A stretch of 64,000 nt of DNA from an uncultured Gemmatimonadales bacterium (GTDB taxonomy: Bacteria > Gemmatimonadota > Gemmatimonadetes > Gemmatimonadales > Gemmatimonadaceae), in assembly GCA_963793305.1 (NCBI GenBank), contig CAWBZV010000005.1:1216001-1280000 (forward strand). The letters run 5' to 3'. Below are positions 1 to 13,745 of the stretch, piece by piece. The position numbers and the translations under genes are program-made. The first letter of the stretch is position 1, and each line of letters starts with the position of its first letter. The notes beneath the pieces were generated by a model that saw nothing but the letters and a program-made list of their open reading frames with translations, was not told the DNA's origin and ran no database searches.

Positions 1-250
1 GGCGGAAGGCGGCCGCCGCAATGAGCGACAGCAGCGTGCCGCCGATACCCGCCACGGGATAGACGATCCGTCCCGCGCCGAGATCGGCGTGTCGGCTGAA
101 TGCCGCCCACGCCTGCGGCCCGACCGCCCGCCAGGCGGGCATTTCGACGATCGTGCGCCCCAGACTGTCGCCAAGCGCGGCCATCACCAGCGCGATGACG
201 ACGCAGGCGATCGCCACCCGGGAGGCCCGGGGCTGTATAAGCATCGGCAT
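1..250 (-). CDS. Membrane protein, DUF1772/anthrone oxygenase-like (runs off window edge)
   Basis: Manual translation MPMLIQPRASRVAIACVVIALVMAALGDSLGRTIVEMPAWRAVGPQAWAAFSRHADLG...; hydrophobic; divergent from PadR. Confidence 0.55.
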   Translation of the reverse strand, partial: MPMLIQPRASRVAIACVVIALVMAALGDSLGRTIVEMPAWRAVGPQAWAAFSRHADLGAGRIVYPVAGIGGTLLSLIAAAAFR

Positions 251-304
251 ACAAAGTATAGTACAACGACAGTACCGTGGCGTCCAGATCTGTATTACTT
301 TGTA
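250..304. promoter_or_regulatory. Divergent promoter region with 9-bp inverted repeat, candidate PadR operator
   Basis: TACAAAGTA (250-258) and TACTTTGTA (296-304) in an AT-rich gap between divergent starts. Confidence 0.5.
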
Positions 305-309
305 AGCCA

Positions 310-633
310 ATGGATAGGGAGTTATTGAAAGGCAGCATCGCGCTCCTGATCCTGCGGCTGCTCTCGGAGCGCGATATGTACGGAGGCGAGATCATTCAGG
401 AGTCCGCGCGACGGACCCAGGATGCGTTTGCCTTCAAGGAAGGGACCGTGTACCCGGCGCTCCACCAGTTGTACAAGCGCGGATGGCTGTGGTCGGAGTG
501 GCGGCGCGGGCCGAACGGCAAGCAGCGGAAATACTACGGCCTCACCGCCGCGGGCCGCCGGGCTGCGAGCCGCACGCAACGCGAGTGGCGGATCTTTACC
601 GAAACGGTGAACGCCATTCTGGCTGGAGGATGA
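310..633 (+). CDS. PadR family transcriptional regulator
   Basis: MDRELLKGS..LLIL.LL...MYG.EI, EGTVYPALHQL and RKYYGLT motifs. Confidence 0.92.
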   Translation: MDRELLKGSIALLILRLLSERDMYGGEIIQESARRTQDAFAFKEGTVYPALHQLYKRGWLWSEWRRGPNGKQRKYYGLTAAGRRAASRTQREWRIFTETVNAILAGG

Positions 634-637
634 TCCC

Positions 638-1396
638 GTGCGGGACATTGATCGCATCGTCGAACGCGTCCTCGCGCGCGCCAGGATTCCCGGCGCGACG
701 CGACGGCGCGAGATCGAGCGCGAGCTCCGCGATCATCTCGAGGACTTGGCCGAGGCGGATCTCGCTCGGTTCGGCGACCCCGAGGTCGTCGGCGACGCGT
801 TGGGTCGTGTCTATGCACCGGAGCGATGGGCGGCTCACGTCGCGCGAGCAGCGACACTCGTCCTGGCGTCGGGCCTCGCGGCCGCCGTGATCATCGCTGG
901 AGTTCAGGTGGTGATGACAGCGGCGACGCTCAGAGAGATCTCCACCGAGATCGCGGGATTTGCCACGGTGGCGTTGGGATATTGCGCGGCGTATCTCGCG
1001 AGGCGCCGATATCGCTTGTCGCTCCCCAGCGTCGTCGGAGTGATCACCGGCGGCGCACTCTGGATCGGCGTCGGCCTGTCGGTGCTCGCCCCTCGGCACG
1101 CCGTCATTGCCACCGTCGCGTTCCTGTCGACCGCTTTCGGCGGACTCCTGGTGTACGCTCCGGTTCCGCTCCTCTGGCTCGCCGGCACTGCCGGCCCGTT
1201 GCTGATGGCGAGCGTTGTGCTCGGGCCGCTCGTGCCGGGCGCCGGGCGGTTCCCGTGGTTGATATGGGTGGGGTTGAGCCTCTCGTGCGTCGCATTGCGA
1301 ATCGTCGTCCGCGTCTTCGAGCGGTACGTATTTACAGATGAGACTCGGTCGGAATACACAGCGACAATATTGTTCCCTGGCCAGGGGCGCTCGTGA
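638..1396 (+). CDS. PadR-associated membrane protein with N-terminal helical prefix domain
   Basis: RREIERELRDHLED...RFGDPEVVG followed by several hydrophobic helices; directly downstream of padR. Confidence 0.7.
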   Translation: MRDIDRIVERVLARARIPGATRRREIERELRDHLEDLAEADLARFGDPEVVGDALGRVYAPERWAAHVARAATLVLASGLAAAVIIAGVQVVMTAATLREISTEIAGFATVALGYCAAYLARRRYRLSLPSVVGVITGGALWIGVGLSVLAPRHAVIATVAFLSTAFGGLLVYAPVPLLWLAGTAGPLLMASVVLGPLVPGAGRFPWLIWVGLSLSCVALRIVVRVFERYVFTDETRSEYTATILFPGQGRS

Positions 1397-2427
1397 TGTC
1401 CAACGTGCCACCCGCGCGGCGCGCGCGCTCGCGCATTCCCATGACGCCCCAATGCCCGTCTTTCACCGCGGCATTGACGTTGCCGGTCAAAAGCCCGCGC
1501 CCGTCGTCCTGTACGTCGAGCCTCACCGATGACCGCTCGTAGCTCAGGCGAATCTCCACCGTCGGCGAGTCCGCGTGCTTGACCGCATTGAGCGCGGCCT
1601 CGCGGGCGATCCGTAGCACCGCGTTCTCAATGGCCGGAGCGATCGGGCGACGATTGCCCGTGACGTTCGAATCGCAGACGAGTCGGCGCCGCACCGATCG
1701 CGCGCCGCACGGTTCCTTCCAACGCACGGGGGAGATCATCGTGATCGGGCTCCGATGCGCGGAGATCCCACACGGCATCGCGCGCCTCGCGCAGCGTGAC
1801 ATTGGCCAGGGATAGCGCGCGCGAGAGCTCCTCCGCCGGGTCTTCGCGCCCGTCCGCGCGCCAGCGCTGCAAGAGCCCTTGCAACTGTAGGGTGACTCCC
1901 GTGAACCCTTGCAGCAGCGTGTCGTGGAGCTCGCCCGCGACACGCGTTCGCTCGGCTTGCGTCGCCTCTTCCGCCTCGGTCCGCAGAAGCCATTCGAGGC
2001 GGCGGGCTTGCTCCAACGCGATCGCCGCCTCGTTCGCGGCGATGCGCAGCACGAGCCGCTCGGGGACGCTGGGGAAACCAGGTCGATTCGAGGCCACGGC
2101 AAGGACACCCAGATCCCCCGGAAGCCCCAACGCGACTCGGACCACGGATGCATCCCATCGCTCGAGCGCGATGCCAACATCCCGCGGAGTCATGGATTGA
2201 GGCTGGCGCAACCCTATCATGGCTGCTTCGGTCGGCGCCTCACCGATGGCGTCGACGAGCCTGAGATAGGCGAAATCGAGATCGAGCATCGCCACCAATG
2301 AGTCCAGTAGCGTATTGACGATGCTCGCGGGCTGGCCAACGCTCCAGATCGCCGGCAGCGACCCGATTTGCAGCAGGTTGCTAATGCAGTTCTGGAGCCG
2401 CTTGATCTCCTCTGCCGATTCGTCCAT
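1332..2427 (-). CDS. Sensor histidine kinase, HisKA_3/NarX type (apparent +1 frameshift near 1667)
   Basis: ERTRVAGELHDTLLQ H-box in ORF 1627-2427; HATPase motifs (REAALNAVKHA, QDDGRG, GVMGMRERA) continue in ORF 1332-2180. Confidence 0.88.
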
Positions 2428-3058
2428 ATCGCCGTGAGCGCAGCTCTTCCAGGTACTCCTCAGGGGGCACGTAAAAAGGATTCTCTTGCACGGTGTGACC
2501 GATGAGGATCATGGGATGGGCTCGGAGAACGCCCATGACGACTCCGCCGCTGAACCGCCTCAGGTCGTACACACAAATCACCGGATCGCTGACGCGAGCC
2601 CACATGAGGTTCGCCCGGCTCTCGTACTCGATCACCTGATCGACACCGGGGTGGTTCTCGAGGGCCCACTCCATGTGGCAGACCGTGCGCGTTCGCCGAA
2701 ACCCGTCGCGCTTGGCTCCGACCAATACTTGTTCGATGGTCGCCAACATGCGGTCCTGGTCGAAGGAGCCGCCGGCAAGATAGAACTCATCCCAGCCGTG
2801 CACCTCGAATTGGCCGCGCTGTTCCGCTTGGGTGATGGCCAGGCCCTGCGATTCCAAGTGCTGCACATGCTGCCGGCAGACGACCGGATCGACGACATGC
2901 ATCGCTTTGTCGCCGCACTCCAATCCCTCCCTAATGAAAGGGAGGAGCACGCGCGCTTCTTCTTGCTCGTCGTGGAAGAAGGCGCAGATGTGAGGGTGGG
3001 CGCCGAGCTCCGAGCCGGCGAACCGGACGGGCGCATCGCACATCACAGCTTGTTCCAT
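2381..3058 (-). CDS. Stand-alone MEDS domain sensory protein
   Basis: HICAFF...LLPFIREGL, MEWAL, EYESRAN, ICVYDLRRF, HP..ENPFY motifs. Confidence 0.88.
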   Translation of the reverse strand: MEQAVMCDAPVRFAGSELGAHPHICAFFHDEQEEARVLLPFIREGLECGDKAMHVVDPVVCRQHVQHLESQGLAITQAEQRGQFEVHGWDEFYLAGGSFDQDRMLATIEQVLVGAKRDGFRRTRTVCHMEWALENHPGVDQVIEYESRANLMWARVSDPVICVYDLRRFSGGVVMGVLRAHPMILIGHTVQENPFYVPPEEYLEELRSRRYGRIGRGDQAAPELH

Positions 3059-3146
3059 GTGGTGAAGAGTGCACCCGCGCCGTAGGCAACGCCAGGTACC
3101 CAGTTTTGGGCATGTCACGGGGCTGTCTATTCGGTATCATCCGGTG

Positions 3147-3773
3147 ATGCCGAACCCGATCACCATCCTCACGGTCGATGACCACGGACTGATCCGAGCC
3201 GGCCTCAGCGCTGTCGTGGCAACCGAGCCCGATCTCCGGATCGTCGCGGAGGCGGCGAATGGCGAAGAGGCGATCGAGCAGTTCGAGGCCTATCGCCCGG
3301 ACATCGTGCTCATGGATCTGCGCATGCCGGTGATGGACGGCTTGGCGGCCACCCGTGCGATCCTGGCCGATCATCCCGACGCCAAGATCATCGTGCTCTC
3401 GACATACGATGGCGATGTGAATATCCATCGCGCGCTCGAAGCCGGCGCGCGCGGGTATCTCTTGAAGGATATGCTGCGCACGGAGGTGTTGAACGCGATG
3501 CGCCAAGTGTATCGTGGCGAGCGCTGCCTCCCGCCGCCCGTCGCGGCACAACTCGCCGCCCACACGCCGCGCGTCGAGCTCACACCACGGGAAGCCGAGG
3601 TGTTTCACTACGTGGCGCGAGGGTGTACGAACGCCGAGATCGCCGCGCAGATCGGGCGCACCGAGGGCACCGTCAAAGTGCACGTGAAGAATATCCTGCG
3701 CAAACTCGACGCCCACGATCGCACCGAAGCCGTCGCCATTGGCATCGAGCGCGGATTCATTCACCTCGGCTGA
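3147..3773 (+). CDS. NarL/LuxR family response regulator
   Basis: VDDH...PDIVLMDLRMP receiver domain; LTPRE...TVKVHVKNI LuxR HTH. Confidence 0.95.
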   Translation: MPNPITILTVDDHGLIRAGLSAVVATEPDLRIVAEAANGEEAIEQFEAYRPDIVLMDLRMPVMDGLAATRAILADHPDAKIIVLSTYDGDVNIHRALEAGARGYLLKDMLRTEVLNAMRQVYRGERCLPPPVAAQLAAHTPRVELTPREAEVFHYVARGCTNAEIAAQIGRTEGTVKVHVKNILRKLDAHDRTEAVAIGIERGFIHLG

Positions 3774-3777
3774 CCAC

Positions 3778-3793
3778 TACCCCTGTAGGTGTA
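3778..3793. promoter_or_regulatory. NarL-like 7-2-7 inverted heptamer site
   Basis: TACCCCT-GT-AGGTGTA upstream of the peroxidase operon. Confidence 0.5.
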
Positions 3794-3851
3794 GGCGAAG
3801 ACTGCTCCGACGAGGAGTAGAGACTGCCTCCGCGCGCCGGTATCGTGGGGT

Positions 3852-6682
<2,831 letters not shown>

Positions 6683-6694
6683 ACAGAGGAATCC

Positions 6695-7727
6695 ATGTCA
6701 CACCACTATTCCGGCCCCGACTACGGCTTCCCATATGGGGACGCCCGTCTCGACTTCACCGATCTCTATGCTTTCCCCAAACCCGGCGATCCCGCGAAAT
6801 CGATCCTGATTATGGACGCGCACCCGTCGGTCGGGGTGAACCCGCAGGGGCCCACGACACCCGAGCCCTTCGCGACGAACGGACTGTATGAGCTCAAGAT
6901 CGACAAGGACGGCGATGCCGTCGCCGATCTCGCGTACCGGGTGCGATTCTCATCGTCCGCTGACGGGACGCAAGTCGCGACTGTCCGCCGCGTCACGGGC
7001 ACTGCGGCGGCTGGGACAGGGGACACTGGTGACGTGATCGTCGATCGGGCGCCGGTCTCGACGGGGCCGGAAGCGCACGTAACGAAAGCCGGCGACTATC
7101 GGTTCTTCGCTGGATGGCGCAGCGATCCGTTCTTCTTTGATGCAATCGGCGCGCTGAACCAGCACTTCACCGGTACGGATTTCTTCGGCGACAAGGACGT
7201 TCTGCAGCATCGTGCTGGAAGTCCCCAACGCGGAGCTCGGCTTTGGCCCGATCGGCATATGGGCTCGCACGCTCGTCAGCGACGCGGGAACGTGGCGTCA
7301 GGCCGACCGCGGCGCACGGCCGCAGCAGGAGCCGTTCCTCGCTGGCGACGAGAAAGCGGCCTATCTCGCGGGAGAACCGGTGAACGATGCGCGGTACATT
7401 TCCGCCTTCGCGCACTCGATGGAACATTTTGGCGGCCGCACACCGGAGGACGCCGCGCGGGTCGCCCGTACGCTATTGCCCGACATTCTCATCTACGATC
7501 CCAAACGTCCGGCCGCATTTCCCGACAACGGCCGAAGCCTCACCGACGATGTCGTGGATGTCCTCTTTCCGATCTTCACCAACGGTAAGGTCACCACCGA
7601 CAACGTCGGACCGCATTGCGATTTGCTCACCGAGTTCCCGTACGTGGGGCCGCCGCACAAAACCTACGCATTGGTGGACATTGCCCTCCCGCCGCCTTCG
7701 AACATTCGCGCGAAGACCATCCCGTAG
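6695..7727 (+). CDS. DUF4331 family protein (apparent +1 frameshift near 7200)
   Basis: MSHH...DFTDLYAF and FAGWRSDPFFFD; continues SIVLEVP...NGRSLTDDVVD..FPYVGPP in ORF 7212-7727. Confidence 0.82.
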
Positions 7728-8326
7728 ATGACACCGGCCACGTGCGCGATGTAGGCGACACCGCCGCCCTGCGTCGTGGCCACTTGTCCCAGGTTCACCA
7801 GTTGGGTGAGGAACCAGACGCCGATGAGCAGGGCGGCGGGGATCATGGCGATCTGCACGAACACGAAGATGACCAGAATGGACCGGATCCGGTCCCTCGG
7901 GTAGGTCACAAGGAACGCGCCCATGACGGCGGCGATTGCGCCACTGGCCCCGAGGTTCGGGACGGTCGAGGTGGGGTTCAAGGCTACCTGGGCGCCCATG
8001 GCAACCAACCCGCCGACCAAGTAGAACACGAGATAGCGGAACGAGCCCATGGCGTCCTCGATTTCCGGACCGAAGGCCCAGAAGAACACCATATTGCCGA
8101 GGATATGGGACCAGCCGCCGTGCATGAACATCGCGGTGAACAGCGTGATCAGATCGTGGCCCGCGGTAATATGGGCGGGGATCGCAGACCACTTGAGGAC
8201 GAACGCGTCACCCCCCGCCAGCTCGAACCCGAACACGATGAAGTTCGCGACGATGAGGCCGATCGTGACGATCGGCATGTTGACCGGACGGCGTGAGGCA
8301 TTTGTCAGCGGGATGACTGTTCCCAT
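7664..8326 (-). CDS. Rhomboid family intramembrane serine protease
   Basis: MFMHGGWSHILGNM, GASGAI catalytic Ser, AHVAG catalytic His. Confidence 0.93.
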   Translation of the reverse strand: MGTVIPLTNASRRPVNMPIVTIGLIVANFIVFGFELAGGDAFVLKWSAIPAHITAGHDLITLFTAMFMHGGWSHILGNMVFFWAFGPEIEDAMGSFRYLVFYLVGGLVAMGAQVALNPTSTVPNLGASGAIAAVMGAFLVTYPRDRIRSILVIFVFVQIAMIPAALLIGVWFLTQLVNLGQVATTQGGGVAYIAHVAGVIYGMVFARMFEGGGRAMSTNA

Positions 8327-8526
8327 GCTGCCGCTCTCCCTGAGTGCGAGTTAGCCGAGAATCTACGCCGCTCCGGCGCCGCCGCTAGCACGCTCCCCTT
8401 GCCGCAGGCGGGGACCCTACGGGCGACGCTCGAGCGCAAGGGCACGCCGACGTCGTCCGGTAAGATCGCAAGAAATTTGCGCGTATCCACTTGTCTTCCG
8501 CCCCCCATTTGTGACAACGTGAGAGG

Positions 8527-11500
8527 ATGAGCACCCCACTCTCTCGCCGGCAGTTCCTCGGTCGCTCAGGTCTCGCGGCCGGAGGCACCGCACTCGGCGG
8601 TCTCGTCGCCCTCGGCGTCGACCCCGAGCCCTTGCGCGCATCCACCGTGCCACTCGGGTACAAGCTCGCCAACACGAAGACGGTCGTTGGCGTCTGCCCG
8701 TACTGCGCGGTGGGTTGTAGCCAGTTGCTCTCCTCGCGCGACGGGAAACTCGTCAACGTCGAAGGGAATCCCGATTCGCCGATCAATCGCGGCACGCTGT
8801 GCCCCAAGGGCGCGTCCAGCTTCCAGCTGACCGTCAATCCCGAGCGCCAGAAGAAGGTCCTGTACCGGCGTCCGGGCGGCAAAGAGTGGGAGTCGCTCGA
8901 TCTCGAGAAAGCGATGGACATGATCGCCGAGCGCGTCAAGAAAACGCGCGACGCGACGTTTCAGCGTACCGCGAAGATCGGCGACCGCACCGTGACGGTC
9001 AACAATTCGCTCGGGATCGCATTGCTTGGCGGCGCGACACTGGAGAACGAGTGGAATTACGCGCACTTGAAGCTGTGGCGCGGACTCGGCGGCGTCTTTC
9101 TCGAAAATCAGGCTCGAATATGACACTCGGCCACGGTCCCCGGTCTGGGGGCGACGTTTGGCCGCGGCGGCGCGACGATGTTTCAGCAGGACCTCCAGAA
9201 CGCGGACTGCATCGTGATCATGGGGTCCAACATGGCGGAGTGTCACCCGGTGGGATTCCGCTGGGTAATGAAAGCGCGCGAGCGCGGCGCGATGATCATT
9301 CACATCGATCCGCGCTACACGCGGACGTTGGCGAACGCCAACCTGCACGTCGGCATTCGCTCCGGCTCCGATATCGCGTTCCTCGGTGGACTGATCAATT
9401 ACATCATCAAGAATGATCGGTGGTTCCACGAGTACGTCCTGAACTATACGAACGCCGCCACGATCGTCTCGGACGACTACAAGGACACGGAAGACCTCGA
9501 CGGCCTGTTTTCTGGTTTCGATGCGGCGGGACGCAAGTACGACAATGCCACGTGGGCATACGCGGGCGCGAAGGACGCGCCGCCGCCGACGGACCCGACG
9601 TTGAAGAACCCGCGATGTGTGTTCCGGATTCTGGAACGACACTTCGCGCGATACACACCCGAGATGGTCTCGCGCGTGTGCGGGTGCACGCCGGAGGAGT
9701 TCGAGAAGGTCGCGAAAGCGCTGTCCGACAACTCGGGTCGCGAGCGCACGTCGTCGATCTGCTACGCGGTCGGCTGGACCCAGCACACGGTCGGCGTGCA
9801 GATGATCCGCTGCGCGGCCATTGTGCAGGCGCTGCTCGGCAACATGGGGCGGCCCGGTGGCGGGATCCTCGCGCTGCGTGGCCACGCGTCGATCCAGGGG
9901 TCGACGGATGTGCCAACGTTGTACCACCTGCTCCCTGGCTATCTGCCCGCACCGAGTGCGGCCAACCCCAAGCACGACACGCTCGACGGTTGGGTCGATG
10001 CGACCATGCCGAAGACGGGATGGTGGGCCAACGGCCGCGCGTACATGATCTCGCTGCTCAAGATGTGGTACGGCGATGCCGCGACGGCCGAGAACCAGTG
10101 GGGGTACGAATATCTGCCCAAGGCCGTGGGCGACCACTCGCACATCCCTATGTTCAAAGCGATGGTCGATGGCGTGGTGAAGGGGTTCATGTGCATCGGG
10201 CAGAATCCCGCGGCCGGCGGACAGAACGCGATCTACAATCGTATGGCGATGGCCAACCTCGATTGGCTCGTGATGCGCGACCTGTTCCGCATTGAGACCG
10301 CGGAGTTCTGGAAGGCACCGGACGTTCCCGATCCGTCGGTGATCAAGACTGAAGTGTTTTTCTTGCCCTCCACGTCGGTCACTGAAAGCGAGGGTTCGTT
10401 CACCAACACACAGCGTCTTCTGCAATGGCACGACAAGGGCGCCGAGCCGCAGGAAGACTGCCGGTCTGATCTCTGGTTCAGCCATCATCTGTACAAGCGG
10501 CTGCGCAAGATGTACGAGGGGTCGACCGATCCACGCGACGCCGCGTTCCTGGCAATGACCTGGTACACGAACGAAGAGCCTGGTCCGCTGAAAGAACCGA
10601 ACGCCGTTGATGTCCTGCGCGAGATCAACGGTTGGCATGCCCCGGATCGCACGCCGCTCAAGACGTTCGTCGACATCAAGGCGGATGGATCGACGCCGTG
10701 CGGAGTGTGGATCTATACCGGTGTGTATCCCGCCGAAGGCGTCAACAAGGCCCAAGCGCGAGTAGCAGACGGGTACACTTCGCTCGGCTGGGGATGGGCG
10801 TGGCCCGCCAATCGTCGTACGCTCTACAATCGGGCCAGCGCCGATCCGCAGGGCAAGCCGTGGTCTCCGCGCAAAGCCTATGTCTGGTGGGATGAGAAGC
10901 AAAAGAAATGGATCGGCTACGATATCCCCGACTATCCCGCGACCAAAGCTCCGTATTCCAAGGGAGTATGGTCAAAGGGTGGAATGGACGCACTGGATGG
11001 GACCATTGCGTACATCATGCAGCGCGACGGCAAAGCGTCCTTGTTTACACCAACAGGAATCGTCGACGGCCCGCTGCCCACGCATTACGAGCCCTGGGAA
11101 TCGAGCGTCAAGAACGCGCTGTACCAGGTCCAGCGCAGTCCCGTGGCGAAAGTCTGGGATATGGTGGGCAACAAGTACATCGACGTCGGTGATCCGAACT
11201 ACCCGATTATTATCACGACCTATCGCCTGACGGAGCACCATCTCAGCGGGCCGATGAGCCGTTGGAATCCGTGGCTCACCGAGCTGCAGCCGGAGATGTT
11301 CATCGAGATCTCGCCGGAGCTGGCGGCTGAGAAGCACATCGAGAATACGGGTTGGGTCACCGTGTACACGCCGCGAGCAGCAATCGAGTGCAAGGCGCTG
11401 GTCACCCGTCGCATGAAGCCGTTCACGATCAACGGTCAGCGCATGCACCAGGCCGGCGCGCCATTCCACTGGTCGTGGAACGGCGTCGTCAGCGGCGGCA

Positions 11501-11742
11501 ACGCGAACGATCTGATCTGCCTGGTGGCCGACCCCAACGTCACGATTCACGAAGGGAAGGCGTTCATGTGCCAGATCGTCGCCGGCCGTCAACGTGAGGA
11601 GATTTTACCCAAGCTGCCGGACCGAACGGTTCCGGTACCCAAGGTCGGCCGGCGCGAAGCGCGGGCGGCCCAGGCGGCAATCGACGACGCGATCGCCAGC
11701 TATCTGCCGTTGGATCACCCCGAGGGGGTGTATCATGGCTAA
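8527..11742 (+). CDS. fdhA: Selenocysteine-containing formate dehydrogenase alpha subunit (Mo/W-bisPGD), Tat-exported; Sec at TGA 9121-9123
   Basis: SRRQFL Tat motif; CPYCAVGC..C Fe-S motif; ENQARI-TGA-HSATV in frame with ORF 9178-11742; SECIS hairpin follows the UGA. Confidence 0.95.
9121..9164 (+). promoter_or_regulatory. Bacterial SECIS element
   Basis: UGA, lower stem GGCCACG/CGUUUGGCC, upper stem GUCCCC/GGGGGC, loop GGUCU starting 18 nt after UGA, resembling E. coli fdnG/fdhF SECIS. Confidence 0.85.
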
Positions 11743-12542
11743 GGGATTCTACACCGACACGACCGTGTGCATCGGCTGCAAAGCCTGCCAGGTGGCGTGT
11801 CATCAATGGAACGAGTTGCCGGCCGCTGATGGGGGACGTACCGAGCTCTCCGGCGACTCGTACGACAATACCCAGCATCTCTCGGCCGTGAACTGGCGCC
11901 ACGTCAAGTTCATCGAGCAGATCACCGAGGACCGCGCGAGCGACGGATTCTTGCAGGGGTCGCGCTGGCTCATGATGTCGGACGTCTGCAAGCACTGCGT
12001 GCGTGCCGGTTGCCTGGAGGTCTGCCCGACCGGAGCGATCATTCGCACCGAGTTCGACACGGTCTTTATCCAGCAGAGACGTCTGCAACGGCTGCCGCGC
12101 CTGTATCAGCGCCTGTCCATTCGGCGTCGTCGATATCGGCGACGACGGCAAGGCCCACAAGTGCACGCTGTGCTACGATCGGCTGCAGCAGGGCAGGGAG
12201 CCGGCATGCGCTCAAGCCTGCCCGACGGAGTCGATCCGGTTCGGCGAAGTGACAGATCTCATGCAGCTGGCCGAGCAGCGCGTGGCGCAGCTCAAGGCCG
12301 AGAACGTCGACGCATATGTCTATGGGAAAGAAGAGATCGTCGGCGGGCTCAACTCTTTTTATCTCCTGGTCGACAAGCCGGAGGTCTATGGGCTGCCCTC
12401 GAAGCCTGAGCTTCCTTCGCACAACGTCGATGCGGCGTTCGAGCTGAGCGGGGTTGCCGCCGCGGCCATTGCGGTCACTGGCCTCGTGGCGTTCCGAAAG
12501 GGACGCATGGACGAGATGGCGCGAGCGGAGGGCAACGACTGA
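11735..12542 (+). CDS. fdhB: Formate dehydrogenase beta (4Fe-4S) subunit (apparent +1 frameshift near 12077)
   Basis: CIGCKACQVAC, CKHC...CLEVCP, then CNGCRACISACP and KCTLC..CAQACP in the shifted frame; C-terminal hydrophobic helix. Confidence 0.9.
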
Positions 12543-13402
12543 TGTGGACCACGAACCCCGGCTCCGGAGTCGCGCTCGCGCCGCACTGGGGATGGTACGT
12601 CATTCTGTACTTCTTTCTCGGCGGCCTGGCCGGCGGCCTGATGGTGATCGCGGGTGGACTGGAGCTGGTCGGCGACGAACGAGATACGGACGCCATCCGC
12701 ATCGCGCACCGGCTGACGTTTCCACTCATCATCGCCTGCGCGTTCTTGTTGATCATCGACCTGGGCACGCCGACTCGCTTCTGGCACATGGTCTTCAAGT
12801 CCGATCGGTTTCCTGAGCTGATCATCAAGCCCTGGTCGCCGATCTCCCTCGGCTCGTGGATCTTGACCCTCTACGGTGGCGTGGCCTTCGTCAACTACTT
12901 CTTCGCCGACCGCGTCCGGGGTCGCCGGGCGTGGATGATCCTCGAAGGCCTCGCCGGTTTCGGGCTCGCCGGATATACAGGCGTGCTCGTTGCGGGGACC
13001 AGCAATGCCGTATGGCACAACGCGCGACTGATGGGCGCGCTGTTTTTGTTGTCGGGCGTCTCGACGGCATATGCGCTCCTCATGCTGCTCCTCCCGGCGA
13101 CGAGCGCGACGCAGCGCAAACTGAGCGACGGTGACTTCTGGGCAGTCGTCCTCGAAGCTCTGGTGCTGCTCATCATGCTCATCGGCCTCGGCTCACTCGG
13201 CCGCGTGTTCTGGAGCGGCTGGTTTGGCGTCGTCTTCTGGCTCGGCGTCGTAGGCCTCGGCCTCTTGGCGCCATTGGCCCGCCACTTTACGGCATTCAAC
13301 CCACGCCGCGCCGCGATGTGCGTGCTCGCGGGTGGCTTGCTGCTCCGGTTCGTGATCGTGATGTCGCCTCAGTTCCCGCGGGTCGCGCTATGGCACCTGT
13401 AA
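12542..13402 (+). CDS. nrfD: NrfD/PsrC family membrane anchor subunit
   Basis: W..YFFLGGLAGG, LIIDLG.P.RFWHM, SPISLGSWIL and YTGVL motifs; multiple TM helices. Confidence 0.9.
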   Translation: MWTTNPGSGVALAPHWGWYVILYFFLGGLAGGLMVIAGGLELVGDERDTDAIRIAHRLTFPLIIACAFLLIIDLGTPTRFWHMVFKSDRFPELIIKPWSPISLGSWILTLYGGVAFVNYFFADRVRGRRAWMILEGLAGFGLAGYTGVLVAGTSNAVWHNARLMGALFLLSGVSTAYALLMLLLPATSATQRKLSDGDFWAVVLEALVLLIMLIGLGSLGRVFWSGWFGVVFWLGVVGLGLLAPLARHFTAFNPRRAAMCVLAGGLLLRFVIVMSPQFPRVALWHL

Positions 13403-13731
13403 ACTCCTCGCGCTTCGCGCTCGTCGCCTCGGCACCGGGGCTGCGGCGTACGTTGGGCCTCGCAGTCTTCGCGACCATCGGCTTCGTCGCCTCGGCACTC
13501 GGGCTGCGGCGTACGATGGCCCTCGTAGTCCTCGGCTTCCTCTCAGCGTGCTCGCCGGAGGCGGTGCGCATGCGCGATGGCGGACCAGGCGCCGATCCAG
13601 GCAACACACCGCGTCTCGCTGTCCAGCCTGCGCGCGCGAACCCGCAGCCGGCCGATACGTCGCTGTGGCCGGGCAAAGCAATGGCGCCGGTCGATATTCT
13701 CGCCCGTGGCGACACCCTCCCGCACTCGTAG
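13390..13731 (+). CDS. Small putative lipoprotein in the FDH operon
   Basis: Fills the nrfD-fdhE gap; lipobox-like LSAC followed by SPEAVRMRDGGPGADPGN. Confidence 0.55.
   Translation: MAPVNSSRFALVASAPGLRRTLGLAVFATIGFVASALGLRRTMALVVLGFLSACSPEAVRMRDGGPGADPGNTPRLAVQPARANPQPADTSLWPGKAMAPVDILARGDTLPHS
13421..13534 (+). repeat. Imperfect ~50-bp direct repeat, period 63
   Basis: tcgtcgcctcggcac..gggctgcggcgtacg.tgg.cctcg.agtc.tcg at 13421 and 13484. Confidence 0.8.
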
Positions 13732-13745
13732 CCGAACGCAAAGCC

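Noticed and set aside
8327..8526. Moco/tungsten riboswitch upstream of fdhA
   Set aside because: No consensus recognisable by eye; needs an Rfam covariance search
8566..10902. Long antisense ORFs (this one and many similar)
   Set aside because: Expected shadows of high-GC coding strands with no recognisable motifs
13421..13534. CRISPR-like repeat
   Set aside because: Only two imperfect copies with a ~13-nt spacer, in frame within a CDS, and no cas genes
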